A DNA stretch of 63,007 bases, filler included, from Lenisia limosa (taxonomy: Eukaryota; Protista; Breviatea): NCBI GenBank assembly GCA_001655205.1. It is 8 parts of 8 records of this genome, joined end to end, with 100 filler letters (N's around TTAATTAATTAA, not from the genome) between each part and the next. Parts side by side here need not be neighbours in the genome. Positions count along the whole stretch, not along the records: positions 1 to 1,809 come from LPNZ01007728.1; positions 1,910 to 6,005 come from LPNZ01001724.1; positions 6,106 to 22,267 come from LPNZ01000673.1; 5 more parts are not named here. One strand, 5' to 3'. Positions 1 to 11,883 of this stretch are shown in pieces. Positions within the stretch are counted from its first letter, which is position 1. Each line of letters opens with the position of its first letter. The notes beneath the pieces were generated by a model. It saw only the letters and a program-made list of their open reading frames with translations, was not told the DNA's origin and did not search any database. A program made the position numbers and the translations under genes.

Positions 1-96
1 TCTTTATCTAAATTCCTTCGTTTTATTCCTATTAAGGCTGAGGTAGTCATACTTCAATTACCCCCCACCCTCACTCAATACTAACTTGTATATACC

Positions 97-186
97 TTAA
101 GATTCACTTCGGTTCGGGAAAATATCGAGAGTTTTCGAGGATATATCGAGAAAATCAGTTTTTGTTGGAACCAAAGTGAAGCCCTA
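97..186. mobile_element. hAT-like MITE family A, copy 1
   Basis: Degenerate TIRs of consensus TAGGGCTTCACTTCGGTTCG...CGAACCGAAGTGAAGCCCTA. Flanked by TATATACC (89-96) and TATCTACC (187-194), a 7/8 match to an 8-bp TSD. Confidence 0.8.
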
Positions 187-489
187 TATCTACCTCCCCC
201 CCCCCCCAACATCAANNNNNNNNNNNNNNNNNNNNNNNNNNNNNNNNNNNNNNNNNNNNNNNNNNNNNNNNNNNNNNNNNNNNNNNNNNNNNNNNNNNNN
301 NNNNNNNNNNNNNNNNNNNNNNNNNNNNNNNNNNNAAGTTATAAAGTAAACAAAACCTAAATGAACCTGTTGTGGGGTAAAATCATTGAGGGAAAGCCGC
401 ACAACAAAAATCAAATTTTTCTTCAAAAACACACACACACACACAAAAAAAATGAAACAGAAAAAGATAGCGGTTTTCAATCTTGTTGG

Positions 490-760
490 AGGGGGGGGGG
501 GGCGATAAAGGAATATTCGCCACTGAAGCTGGGGAGACCAACCAAAGAGATCTTTAAGGAATCGAGGTTAGCAGCCACCTACATCAACAATTGTTCCTGT
601 CAGCCGAACAAGCACCACGATGGTCACGATGAAGATGAAGAGGAGTGACGTTAGGTACTTGATCAGGGCTGGCATTCCAAAGTTCCCCCACTCAAGGAGG
701 GAGGGTGAAACGCAAAGCGCTGAGCTATACTGCTGTCAACGTTCAATCGATCAATTGTCT
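490..760 (-). CDS. Exon(s) of a probable membrane protein, fragment
   Basis: Minus-strand reading YSSALCVSPSLLEWGNFGMPALIKYLTSLLFIFIVTIVVLV contains a hydrophobic TM-like run. No family recognised, and the contig is cut by gaps. Confidence 0.35.
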
Positions 761-1172
761 ATTCAAAGCGGGTACGGTGGAGTCCAGAAGCGCCTTTCGG
801 AGAGCGATGAGATAAATTGTTATTGTTGACTTCGGCAACACTCTCTATCCTGGGGTACAGTTGATTAATATAAGCTGAATAACAAAACAGAAAGTTAATA
901 TACTCTTTCCGTTCTTTTAAAGAGCTTAAAATTCCGTTTGGAGTCGTACTCCAGTCTATTAGAATATACGGATTTAGAATGATATTTAGCTGAATTTATT
1001 AATGAATTGATTGTGAAGGTGCTGTGCCGAACGCCCCTCTTAATCTCTATAGAATTTGGCAAAACTAGTAGAGACTAAATTGAATATTACTTGACATAAT
1101 CATGAAGAACCATTAAGGATTGACACTGATTTCAAATTACCACTGCCTGGCTACCTTTCCCCTAAAATTGCA

Positions 1173-1223
1173 ATGAAAGTCCTTATTACCGGCACTTCCA
1201 AGCTCGGCAAAAAGGCACGGAAA
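1173..1223 (+). CDS. Possible first exon MKVLITGTSKLGKKARK (Rossmann-like N-terminus), gene truncated by contig end
   Basis: ATG-initiated 17-codon exon followed by a GTGAGGGG donor. MKVLITG resembles the first strand of NAD(P)-binding folds. No downstream exons identified. Confidence 0.25.
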
Positions 1224-1810
1224 GTGAGGGGTGGTCTTTGCTCTCAACCTGATCTTCTATCTCTAATGAGGTTCATTCGCTTTTGCAAGGCTTCTGCGTG
1301 TTGTTGTTATTAGAAAATGTGTTTGATTTAGTGATGCATGGATACATCTCTTTGTTTTTTTTTTTGATTCACTTCTTGTTAAATCTCAATTGTCTTTCAT
1401 TACCTTTACGTTTTTGGTCGTTTTGATGGAACGCAAACTTTCTATGTGACTTGTTCCCCTGTTACTCTGGTTTTTGGTTTTATGAGAGGTTTATTGCATT
1501 TTGTTTTTTACGATCTTATATCCTTTTGCTTTTTTCTTGTAATTTTCATCAATCTTTCTGTTTTTCAATAACCTTTCTTTGGTCGTTCTCTGATTTCCCC
1601 CTCCCCCATCTGCAGCTGCAGGCAAATATATGTATAGAGTAATGATTTGACTGGTATGGGCATTGTTTATTTGAATTGAACCACTCTTGTGTTGTCAAAT
1701 AGTTGGATTATTGTTTTTTTGTTTAATGTTACTCTCCTCAATTTTTACCTTATGTCATTTGCTCGTCACTTGCTGCTTTTTGCACATTATCATAATTCCG
1801 TTTTTTTTTN

Positions 1811-1909
1811 NNNNNNNNNNNNNNNNNNNNNNNNNNNNNNNNNNNNNNNNNNNTTAATTAATTAANNNNNNNNNNNNNNNNNNNNNNNNNNNNNNNNNNN
1901 NNNNNNNNN
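1811..1909. other. Artificial contig linker N-TTAATTAATTAA-N (also ~6006-6107, 22268-22367, 31047-31146, 49357-49456, 50942-51040, 60265-60364)
   Basis: An identical 12-mer giving stops in all six frames, centred in N runs seven times. Confidence 0.95.
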
Positions 1910-2087
1910 CGAATAATCTGAAACTCCAAAAAAAAAACCCCAAGCGCAAAAACATACAGAGCAACCAATGCTACAACCAGATGACAAAACACAAAATTGG
2001 AAGGGGGTTGGACCTTTATGAAATTGGAGGGGGGGTGGACCTTTATGAAATAAAAAAATACACAGAATCACTCTGTTGGTTCACAAG

Positions 2088-2187
2088 TAGGGCTTCACTT
2101 CGGTTCGAAAAAAGACTGAAAATCTCGATAAATCCTCTAAAACTATCGATATTTTCCCGGTCTTTTTCAAACCGAAGTGAAGCCCAA
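2088..2187. mobile_element. hAT-like MITE family A, copy 2 (inserted into a family C repeat)
   Basis: TAGGGCTTCACTTCGGTTCG ... AACCGAAGTGAAGCCCAA. It interrupts AATCACTCTGTTGG|CACACAA of the intron-end repeat. Confidence 0.8.
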
Positions 2188-2311
2188 CACACAAACAACA
2201 AAAACAACAAATCTCAGGCCAGTCGCTTACGTCATCATTCCCGCCCGCGTACAACGGGGTACGGGGGATGGCAATTTTTGCCAAAGAAAGAAAGAAGATA
2301 TATATATGTAA

Positions 2312-2467
2312 AGCAATGAGAAATAAAAAAAAACAAGGTTGTGTCTGGCCGAAGCCATCCGCACCATCACGCTTATAAAAAATATTGGACTATAGTCATT
2401 TTAATTCACCCAATCATATGCCTTACAACTCTGTGCACACAGCTTTCTGCATGCCTCCGCAACATAC
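2312..2467 (-). repeat. Dispersed ~155-nt repeat family B, copy
   Basis: Shares AGCAATGAG..AAGGTTGTGTCTGGCCGAAGCC..CACCATCACG..CACCCAATCAT..GCCTTACAACTCTGTGCACACAGCTTTCTGC..CATAC with copies at 19308, 28730, 30043, 32935, 41251 and 61292. Confidence 0.85.
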
Positions 2468-2556
2468 CATAAATGATGTAATACTTGCTTCACTTAAAAC
2501 TATCGATATTTTACCGGTCTTTTTCAGACAGTATATTTATAAACAGCCCCACTCAC

Positions 2557-2607
2557 CTTGTAAGGAGGAGTGAGCTGCACGATGAGTACTGAATGTAGAG
2601 TCGAGAG
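2557..2607 (-). CDS. Isolated 51-nt internal exon, unknown gene
   Basis: Bounded by a C-rich acceptor CCCTCACAG (family C end) and a canonical AAG|GTGAGT donor. Open in all three frames. Confidence 0.5.
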
Positions 2608-2680
2608 CTGTGAGGGTGGGGGGTATAATTGGAAAATTCATGTAACAAAAAAAAGCCCAAAATCAACTCTGTTGGCTGAG
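2608..2680 (-). repeat. Intron-3'-end repeat family C (introner-like), copy
   Basis: Minus strand TCAGCCAACAGAGTTGATTTTGGGCTTTTTTTTGTTACATGAATTTTCCAATTATACCCCCCACCCTCACAG ends at an acceptor. Confidence 0.8.
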
Positions 2681-2729
2681 AGTGGGTGGGGCACATACAC
2701 ACCTGTATTAGGAAAGCCATATAGCTAAT

Positions 2730-2831
2730 TAGGGCTTCACTTCGGGTAAAAAAACCCCTCAGAAAATATCGATATTTATCAAAGATTTTTCGCGAATTTC
2801 AGTCTTTATTACGAACCGAAGTGAAGCCCTG
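2730..2831. mobile_element. hAT-like MITE family A, copy 3
   Basis: TAGGGCTTCACTTCGG ... CGAACCGAAGTGAAGCCCTG. No clear TSD. Confidence 0.75.
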
Positions 2832-3169
2832 CATATACCCCCACACACACACCTGTATAAGGAAAGCCGGGCAGTCTGAATGGGTCCACTCTAAATCGCA
2901 TCCTAAAGCAGAGTTAAGCGATTGGCTTTTTCAGCCCTCCGAATCTTAGAACAGTGTTAAGATTTTATCTTGTTTTTCATCCTCTTTTCCCGAATCATAG
3001 AACAAAGTATTTTATCTTGTTTTTCAACCTCATTCACCATCAAATTTTCCATTTGTTTACCCCCCCCCCTCTCGATTATTCGGTTCGTGATTAGTACCTT
3101 TCTCCATATTCTTCATCAAAAATCCCCCCCCTCTCCTTTCCCCCTCACCAACAACCATTCGCTCAAGGG

Positions 3170-4450
3170 GCCTGACATAGGTATTCAGCCAGTTCAAACA
3201 CTACACTTGATTACTCCTGTTTTTTCGATGACACGACGAGAAATGGGCGAGATGATCAAAAGATGAAAAGTCAAAAAAGAGAAGAAAATAAGAAAAAGAA
3301 AAGAAAAAGAAAAAGAAAAGAAGTAATAGTAAGAAATAACAAATATTAATAAATAGTAACAAAAGACAGTTTGCACAAAAAAATTTCAAAGTCAAAAATC
3401 ACCAAATTTTCGATATCGTTGATTGTTTGTGTTCTGACAGACTTTTACACCCACGCCTACCACCTTTTTCTATTACTTACTTATCTTTTAGTAGTGTTGG
3501 GCTTACCCCCCTCCCTCCTGACACACTTTTTCTGTTACTTATCTTTTAGAAGTGTTGGGAGATGAAGACCCCGTTGGCTCCGCCTATGAGCCACTCGCTA
3601 AAGTCGTAGCAGCGCAATATTTCGGTTTGAACTTTGTGGTTTGGTGTGTTCGTCGGTTTGAGTTACTACTCTATGTTCACAAGATTGCATGTGTGAACAA
3701 GACCTGAATGTACTATTTTTCGAGGATCTATTGTGAAATGAGAAAATCTGTCATTGTCCAATATTCCTATTGCCAAAGTTAAGTTTTTATCACTGTGGCA
3801 ACTTTTTAACGTTCATAGAACTAGGAGCAGCCGCCTACCGCCATCAGACTCCGAAGCCAAGTACACCTTAATTTAATTTTCGTTTTCATCAACCCATTAG
3901 ACGTGTCCCTGATTTTTGGCTCGAGGAGGAACGTTCCAGATACACTATGCCCCAGAAAGGTTTCGGTTATTTCTGTTTTAGTACGTAGTAAAATTAAAAT
4001 GACCTTTCGGGAAGTGTAATATACAGGGTTTGCTTTTATCATTCGGAGTAATACCTTAGGAAGGCCAAGTAGGGCGACAGATTGTGTGATTGAAGGAGAC
4101 AACAAACCAAGTCCAAATGGTGTGCACTTCGTTAAAGAAGGTAATAATCCTACTTGCATTCTCAGCAGCCAAAAACACTTTATAAGGCTTCGGGCGAAAG
4201 GTAATCTAAATTGAATGGTAAGCTTCTACAAGCAATTTTAACACTTTTCTTTGGCTTTGAAAGGTGAATGACTGTCTGAAATTCTGTAATTTTTTTGGGA
4301 ATTACTGGAACATCATGCCATCCATTAAATTCCTGTTCCGTGATGGAGCTGAGGGGGGTCAAAAAGACTCCTTGCCATGCGCAAGCATGAGCAATCAGTG
4401 TCTTCCCAGTGGAAACACCTGAGTGTATCACTTGGGTTTTTCCTCGGACA
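3170..4450 (+). CDS. Multi-exon gene of unknown function
   Basis: GT-AG bounded segments read EVLGDEDPVGSAYEPLAKVVAAQYF, GAAAYRHQTPKP, IRRVPDFWLEEERSRYTMPQK and GFAFIIRSNTLGRPSRATDCVIEGDNKPSPNGVHFVKE. Ends uncertain. Confidence 0.5.
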
Positions 4451-5364
4451 GTATTAACAATTGCGGTTTCTGGAACTCGCTCAGTTGCTCAAGTTTCAAA
4501 AACTTTTTGGGGTACTTGCGGTTGAGTTGTCCCAGATATTATGCTAGAAATTAAGAAAGGCCCCTCAACTTAAGCAAGAAAGGTCGAAAGACAAACAAAG
4601 TAAAGGTATAAGTGTGAAGTATGAAATTAGGAAAGTAATTGTTGACTGACTGAGTTGAGATCTCTAACTCCCTGTTCTCCAAGTTTACTTCAGGAAATTA
4701 TTATTTAACATTGTTTAATGCCGCTAAAGGGTAGGGATGTGAGTTTTCCCAGAGGCTTCGCATGCTCTGGTGGTTCAGAGTGGTGGAATTCATTTTTTGA
4801 GGAAATTAATTGATAAAATTTGAAAATACAGTATCTGAAATGAGGTTCCAATGAATATACATACGTCTCACTTCAAATTTTGCGATTAATTTCAATTATT
4901 ATTTTTCAATTAATTGCACAGAGCCCTGATAAATATATTGGCACGGTCAAGCATGTTACGCCCCTTGTCTTCCAACACATGATCAGTACACTTCGAGGAT
5001 AACGTCTCTTTTTCAAAAACTTGTTTTTTGTCAAATTCATTATTTGGTCACTTATCTTAAAATATAGTACATATATTATATGATATGACATAATTAAAAA
5101 AAAACAAGAAAATCCCTGCAATCCCACAGACAAGAAAAAGCCAATAAAAAAAATATACGATAGAAAAAATAATAATAATAATAAAAAATGTTAAAACAAA
5201 CAAACAAAAAAATAAATAATAATAATAATAAAAACCTTGTACCTCCCACATCCGCATGGGCTTGTTCAGGGCTTTCTTTGGAGCAACAAACTATTGTGAC
5301 GTTCGCCACACTATAAATCGTGAAGATCCGATGCTTATATATTTTAATGTCTATACATATGATA

Positions 5365-5443
5365 TATGGTGACCGGGAGAAGTCTTGACCAATTTTCCCA
5401 GGAAAATTGAGCAAATCGGCCAAGACTTATCCCGGTCACTGTA
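5365..5443. mobile_element. Tc1/mariner-like MITE family D, copy 1
   Basis: TIRs (TA)(C)AGTGACCGGGAGAAGTCTTGACC...GGCCAAGACTTATCCCGGTCACTG(TA). Second copy at 53243. Confidence 0.7.
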
Positions 5444-5532
5444 CGATATTACCCTCCTCCCCCACCGACACATACACGCAGTTTAATAATATCATATACT
5501 ATACAGAATGCATTGATGATATATATTATACT

Positions 5533-5627
5533 TAGAGCTTCACTTCGGTTCAAAAAAAACAAAATATCGATAGTTTTCGAGGATTTATCGAGACATTCAG
5601 TCTTTTTCGAACCGAAGTGAAGCCCAA
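5533..5627. mobile_element. hAT-like MITE family A, copy 4
   Basis: TAGAGCTTCACTTCGGTTC ... CGAACCGAAGTGAAGCCCAA. Flanks ATTATACT (5525-5532) and ATGATACT (5628-5635) match 7/8 as an 8-bp TSD. Confidence 0.85.
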
Positions 5628-5844
5628 ATGATACTCCACCAACAAACACTGATATGAGTAAATTACAGTAATAGTATTTTACCCTCACATACACATACAC
5701 AATACAAAAAATGATACAGATACATCATAGTCCCCACCCCCCACTCCTTAGTACAATGACCCTGATTCTTAAGAATTAAATGATATTTATATATATCAAA
5801 CATATTATAGTATTTAAGATGCATACAAAATGCTCTCCTACTCC

Positions 5845-5912
5845 AAGGCCTCCCGCACGCCCAGAGCCCAGATTTCTTCCGAGTCCTGCGCCATGGCCAA
5901 GGTCATTGTGGG
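5845..5912 (-). CDS. Internal exon PTMTLAMAQDSEEIWALGVREALE, unknown gene
   Basis: Preceded by the family C acceptor CCCACCCCCAG and followed by a GTAGG donor. Frame chosen by plausibility. Confidence 0.5.
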
Positions 5913-5985
5913 CTGGGGGTGGGGAGTAAAATTGGACAACTTATGAAACAAAAAAGCCCAAATCAACACAGTAAAATTGGAAAAC
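5913..5985 (-). repeat. Intron-3'-end repeat family C, copy
   Basis: GTTGATTTGGGCTTTTTTGTTTCATAAGTTGTCCAATTTTACTCCCCACCCCCAG ends at an acceptor. Confidence 0.75.
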
Positions 5986-6107
5986 TTTTTTTTTGGGGGG
6001 GGGGGNNNNNNNNNNNNNNNNNNNNNNNNNNNNNNNNNNNNNNNNNNNNTTAATTAATTAANNNNNNNNNNNNNNNNNNNNNNNNNNNNNNNNNNNNNNN
6101 NNNNNAA

Positions 6108-6698
6108 GATCGGCAGTTGTGCCGTCGGCCGTGATAGCCATGTTGGACATGGTCATGGTCAGTCCAACTGGAACTGTGGGTCCGGTCAAGAAGCACGTCA
6201 TTGCTAGGAGTGATGAGAATACAAAAAAGAAAAGAGATATTTCTCAGATTCCATACTGCCTTCATTTATCCTACAAAGAGCCCCCAACTTACTTCCTTCC
6301 AGTGTTTTTGTTCGAATCTGAAGAGTCAATTAACCAATGAGATCTCAGCTAACCAATGGAGTGGCATTATCGTCATCAATTGCTTCAGAAAGATGGAACT
6401 GGACCTTCCCAGTGGGGTCAACTCTGGGGAAACATTACCATGTGTTGTGAGTGGTAACTTAAAAACACGGTCAAAATTGCGAATGGTGCCTCCATGATCC
6501 CGGAATTAAATAATCAGAAAAATATATAACAATGATATTCCAACAATGTCATATCTGGAATGTTCTATTCAAATAGTGAAGTATTTCATTGGGTGAAAAC
6601 AGATTAAAAGCTTACACGGATGGTGCTGCCAAACAAAGACCACCAGCTGATATCATCAGTACTAAAACACAGGTGAAGAGCGGTAGAAAACTCTTCAT
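6108..6698 (-). CDS. 5' part of a secreted or membrane protein with signal peptide
   Basis: Exon 1 MKSFLPLFTCVLVLMISAGGLCLAAPS|GTAAG looks like a signal peptide. Further exons HGGTIRNFDRVFKLPLTTH, VDPTGKVQFHLSEAIDDDNATPL and MTCFLTGPTVPVGLTMTMSNMAITADG. Truncated at a linker. Divergent from the sirtuin gene. Confidence 0.6.
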
Positions 6699-6998
6699 TG
6701 TAGAGATCGGTGAAAACGTGCTGTTTAGTGTTTTTCTCATCCAGCTATGACATATAGATATATAATTATTATATTTTATGTTTTATTCTCCTTTCCTCCT
6801 TCTTCCTAACACTAGCAAAAATGTGACAACTATCCGCTTAAAACCTACTATTTATTTCTCCCCTTGTCTTGCAGATTTGCCTCAGTTCCTCAGTTGTCCT
6901 TTGCTCTCTTCTCCTTCCCATATTGACTCAATATTTTATAATATTTTTATTGGTGAAGGCTATCTGGGCAAAAGCGGATTTGTCTTTCCACTGGTCAT

Positions 6999-9900
6999 AT
7001 GTCCTCCCCCGATCTGAAGAGGGGTAGTGATGACCCAGACTTTGAGGGTGAAAAGCGGAAGAAGAGTAGAGACATCGTTGTTAAAAAGGCTGAAAATATC
7101 ATTGATTATGAGACAGAGTCTATCAAAAGCACGTCTCCAGAGGTTGGCTGGCACCTAATTAACGGAGGAAGTCTATTGTGATTTGTTCAGGTTTCACTCG
7201 TGACGACTTTATAGTTTTTCATTAATTACATCAGGATCAATCATTTGAAATCAGTGAGGCGAGCCCTCCCACATTCCCCCAGCAAATGAGCAATTCAGAG
7301 GACCGCATCGGCATCCCCCCGTCGTCACCTTCTTCCGAGCCCACGTCCTCACAACAGTCCTCAGCTTCTTCAGGTGGATTATGATGATCATTTCTATTGC
7401 CACTTAAAAACTTTTTAATAACTTAATTTACAATGGAAAGTTTTGCTGATGAAATACTATACGTGTATAATCATGTTGAATAATGAAATGCATTTATTTT
7501 GATAAGCTTGAATGGTTCTCTGATATAATTGTATTTTTTTTGTCAGATTCTGTTGTTAGTGTGATTAAGACTGTCAATCTTTTGTAGTGGTTAGATAGCC
7601 TTGGTCACTAAATGATTATAAGGTTGTATTACCTCCAGTCCTTTCAACTGTATTTCTATTGGTATTATACCAAGTAATGCCATATCTCATTGCTGGTACT
7701 GGGTTTATTTCCTAGTGTCCATCAGCCACCCGACAGACACCCTTCTGGACTTCTTTGCGCGCTCCGGCCGCCAGCCCTGCCCTGCCCATATCCCACATCC
7801 GTTGAGGTGAGGGCTCTTGCTTGTTAGTATTACTGCTTCCTTATTTTTTGGAGGAGATATTCATTACTCTGATGCGGTGCTGCAGAAGCGATTGGCCTTG
7901 GCTTTATGTTGTTGTCAACCCTTGTGTGTTGTCAGCGAACAGAGTTGATTTGGGCTTTTTTTTTTTTTAGTTCATAAATTTTCCAATTTACCCCTCCCCC
8001 CGCAGGAAAACAGCGGATATTCCTGGTTTGCCCCGAATGTTCCAGAGGATGCGTGATCAAGGCCAGTCACCCGTCCCAGCTCTCAACGATATCGGCATCA
8101 ACCTGGTATGAAATTGGCCTTAAAGCTAATCCAGAAACTGGTTCGGATCAACTCTATAGTAGCATATGATATGTACACGCATATACCGAGTGTGACCTAC
8201 GTTATTGTGTAGTGTAATAAAGCAGTTATTCTTTGACATAGTATGAGATCAAATGTTGTGAATAACTATTAACCAAAGTCTTTATTTGAGTAAAAAGTAG
8301 TTAAAATGATGATATTGCTGAAACATTTTACTTTACTTGTTTTTTCAGTGTTTGTTTCTCTGCAACTTACCTTCAGAACCCTATTTTCGAGTCCACCATG
8401 CCAGATGATGACCTTTGGAATATCTTGGCTATTGCACTCAAAAACCAGTGCCTTCGAAGTATGTTAGGTTGATATTAGTCAGACATTTTCCGGATTTGAT
8501 TTTGCATCTGCTGTGGCATCTCTACGTGAGAATTTTATAGTGGTATGGTGTATTGCTGCTATTTATCAAATGGGTTAAATTATATCAATGATGAAGGAAT
8601 GACTTTGCAGCTCTCCTTCGGCTCCCGCGGCTCCGTAATGAAAACTACGAGAGCTTTTTAGACGCTGTGGAGTTAGTTAGGACCGCCAAGCGAATTATTG
8701 TCCTTTCAGGCGCTGGAGTGGGGGGTGTAAGCGAAGGACATTTCTATGATAAATAGTGATGGTTATCTCAAGAACTTTTCTTTTCTGATCTCGTTATAGA
8801 TTTCGGTATCATGCGGAATTCCCGATTTCCGCTCTGAGAATGGTCTTTATAAAAGAATCAGAGAAGACTACCCCGATTTAGCTGAACCTGAAGAGAGTAT
8901 GATTTTGAAATATCTTCCGAATGGTGCAGGATGCATTCTTTCAACTCTGAAAACATTGTCTTTTGACCTTTCAGTGTTTGACATTCACTACTTCCGTCAG
9001 AATCCAAAGCCGTTTTTTGAGCTTGCCAAGGTAGGTGACTGTTTTCTCACTCAAAATTTTCAATTGCTTTGTTCAATCGTTCTTTGACAAGCAGTGATCA
9101 TTGGTAATTTGTCAGGAGCTCTTCCCTGGTAACTTCACCCCATCTTACTCCCACCGTTTCATAAAAGCGCTACAAAATAGGTCAAAACTCCTCAGAAACT
9201 AGTTGGGGGCGATCTTTGAGGTTCTATGTTGTGCATACCCATTTAAAGAAAGTACATATGATATAATATAGTGCATACCTATGATATTGAATTGTTTTAT
9301 TTGAAAGTAGTACAAGTCATCCAACCGATAACGACATCATCGGATTCACCTTTGAATCATTTTTTGGATATTTATAACCCTCGCAGTACACAAAATATTG
9401 ATACACTGGAGTCGGTGTGTGGTGTGACAAGAGCGATTCAGTGCCATGGGTCTTTTGCTACGGCAACATGTCTCCAGTGTGGCTACCAAGGTATTTGGGG
9501 GGTCTTTTGTGAAATGAAAGCAGGGTTCCATTTAATCCGAAAAGGGAAAGCAAAGTATGGATGTTCTTCAGGAATTCTTTTGTTTATCGTGGGGAAATCG
9601 GGACATCTTCCAATAGCATTGGGATATTCAATTAGCAGTACGTGTTGTTTAATTGAGAGATTTCACGATTTAGTCCCATGCGATACCATCAGAGAACAGG
9701 TGATGAACCAAGAGCTTCCTCTTTGTCCAAAATGCGAGGAATTGAAACCTGGTATTGCCCAAGCCCTCCAGCAGTTAATTAAAGAGCACCAGAACAATGA
9801 AGGGCTTCTTTCGAGTGGGAAATCGTTTCTTCATTGGCAACACAGTGTTCTCTATCGTAACATCTTGATTTATATTTGGCAGCAATTTTACGCTTTAGAA

Positions 9901-11537
9901 TCTGCCCCCCTTGCAGACATCGCTGAAATGGAGAATTTCCTCAGCTCCCAAGCCATTCTCAAACCGGACATTGTTGTAAGCAAAAGCCCTACTTTGTCGT
10001 GGCGAGTATTCAAATCTTTATTCCACAGTTCTTCCATGAATCACTTCCCAAGTCCTTTGATCAGATCATGCATGACGCACCAGAGGTATATTTGGATCAA
10101 ATTGCATTTGCTTCTGTATTGTGAAGTGTTCACCCCATTAGGCTGACCTTTTGATCGTGATGGGCTCTTCCTTAAAGGTCCAGCCTGTTTCCGAAGTTCC
10201 AAGTTTGTGCCTTGAGTATTTCTTTGTGTTTTAATGTCCGTTTCAGCGCTGATTCCCTCACACATTCCCCAAATTCTCATTAACCGTGAACCACTCCCGC
10301 ATATGACTTTCGACATTGAGTTGCTAGGTTTGGAAGCTGCAGCGTTTTGTAATGTTGTTCACATGTGGAGTAGTGATATTACAAACAACCATAAATTGAC
10401 TTATTCGATTTGACCGAATAGGAAATGCTGATGTCATTGTAAAGCACTTATTGGCGTCTTTGGAATGGGAGTTTCCCCCAGCCATGGCCAATGGAGGGCT
10501 CATTGAGAGCATTACAGACCCTACGCGGCCGATGTCATCAGTGCCGTCACCGCTTTCAAGCCCTGATAGTCTGCCGTCCAAGCTGCTGAGTCCAATTGCG
10601 TCACCTGACCTTGTCAAAGAAGAGAACAACGAAAATACTGAGGTTTTTGAGGTAATTAAAGAAGAATTGAAAGAGGAGGAGGACGTGAAAGATGAAGAGG
10701 TAAAAGATAACGAAGATGAGGTGAACAAAGAGTTGGATTCAGAACTATTCCTTGATGAAAGTGACCAAATAAATGAGAAATCGACAATGACCGTTGATGA
10801 TGGTGCAAGTGGCGATAGTGCGTCAGATTACTCGGAATCGGGAAGTATTGTGCCCGATGCTCCAATGGATGCGGAAACCTTCGTCTCCATTCCCCCTAAC
10901 CGCTGCCTGTTTCAGGTACAGTGTGCTTTTTTTTTTGACCAGTTTGGAGTGAGTGTTTTTGCAAACTCTTTGATGCCCTGAGTCCTGGCAACTTCTTTCG
11001 CGACCATTTTGACCTCGTAGGGTGGGCTCATTGACGGACACGATGCTTCCGATGACAGCTCTCAGTCCGATGATGAATTCGAGGACATGATGGATGTGGA
11101 TATCTCTGATCAGCTCCCCCAAGAAGCCGCACAACTGCCTCTGCCTAATAAAGATATTATCAAGACCATAGATTTAGCCATCACAGATAGTCGACCGGGG
11201 TTGAACTCCCCTAAGGGCTGTATGGCGTCACCGAAGGCCTCTCCTGAGGTTGGTTACTCAAATATGATAGGTCTTGAACTGAAGTGACACACAAGCTGAC
11301 TTTACAGACCTCTGGTAAAACTGAAGAAACAGCCCATTTCCTTCAGCCGTCGACACCCATCCGCCCGGAAGTATGTATTTTTGGTATTGTAATGAGTTAA
11401 CCTTTTAGAATCTGTGGATGGACAATGAGAAAATACATGCGGGAGAAAGCCCCGTTTCTGCGTCTTTAAGGCTACCGAAATCCGAGGTATACTCCGTTGT
11501 ATTCCACCACGTCCTTCGCCATCCTTCTCTTAACTGA
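6999..11537 (+). CDS. SIR2: NAD-dependent deacetylase sirtuin, class I (Sir2/SIRT1-like), ~18 exons
   Basis: Spliced core: IIVLSGAG|ISVSCGIPDFRSENGLY, MFDIHYFRQNPKPFFELAK, KLLRNYTQNIDTLE, QCHGSFATATCLQC...CPKC, KPDIVFFHESLP, DLLIVMGSSLKVQPV, PQILINREPL. Long acidic C-terminal tail. 3' end uncertain. Confidence 0.95.
7921..8005 (+). repeat. Intron-3'-end repeat family C, copy ending sirtuin intron 7807-8005
   Basis: TGTGTGTTGTCAGCGAACAGAGTTGATTTGGGCTTTTT..TTCATAAATTTTCCAATTTACCCCTCCCCCCGCAG|GAAAACAGCG. Splicing gives an open HPL-R-KTADIPG junction. Confidence 0.85.
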
Positions 11538-11883
11538 TTTCCAGCCCTTTTCGCCACGATCTGATCTTTTTGATCTTGGTAACGAGAAGTGGGCCTTTTC
11601 TCCTGCCTCACGATCAGCGCCTCCGTCCCCCTTGTCTCCCATGTCGCCTTCCTCAGAATCAATGCTCTTCTCATAGGTAATTTGGGATGAGATTTGTCGC
11701 ATGATGAACGTAAAAATGAGAACAATAAAAAAGGAGCATTATATCCTGGACATTATCTCATTAAAATAGGTGGATGAGCTCATGTATGTTAGTTCTGTTC
11801 TTTTCTTTCTTTTATGGTATTGTACAGTGGTAGATGCTTTGATATTTCCTGGCTCTTCTCCACCCTGAATGACCAAGAACAGT

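Noticed and set aside
1855-1866. Recurrent palindromic TTAATTAATTAA inside N-runs (7 times)
   Set aside because: Artificial six-frame-stop contig linker, not biological. Synteny across these points is also unreliable.
4180-4431. Minus ORF with Walker-A-like SGVSTGKT suggesting a viral SF3 helicase
   Set aside because: No Walker B or motif C, stops on both sides, and the opposite strand carries a better spliced gene.
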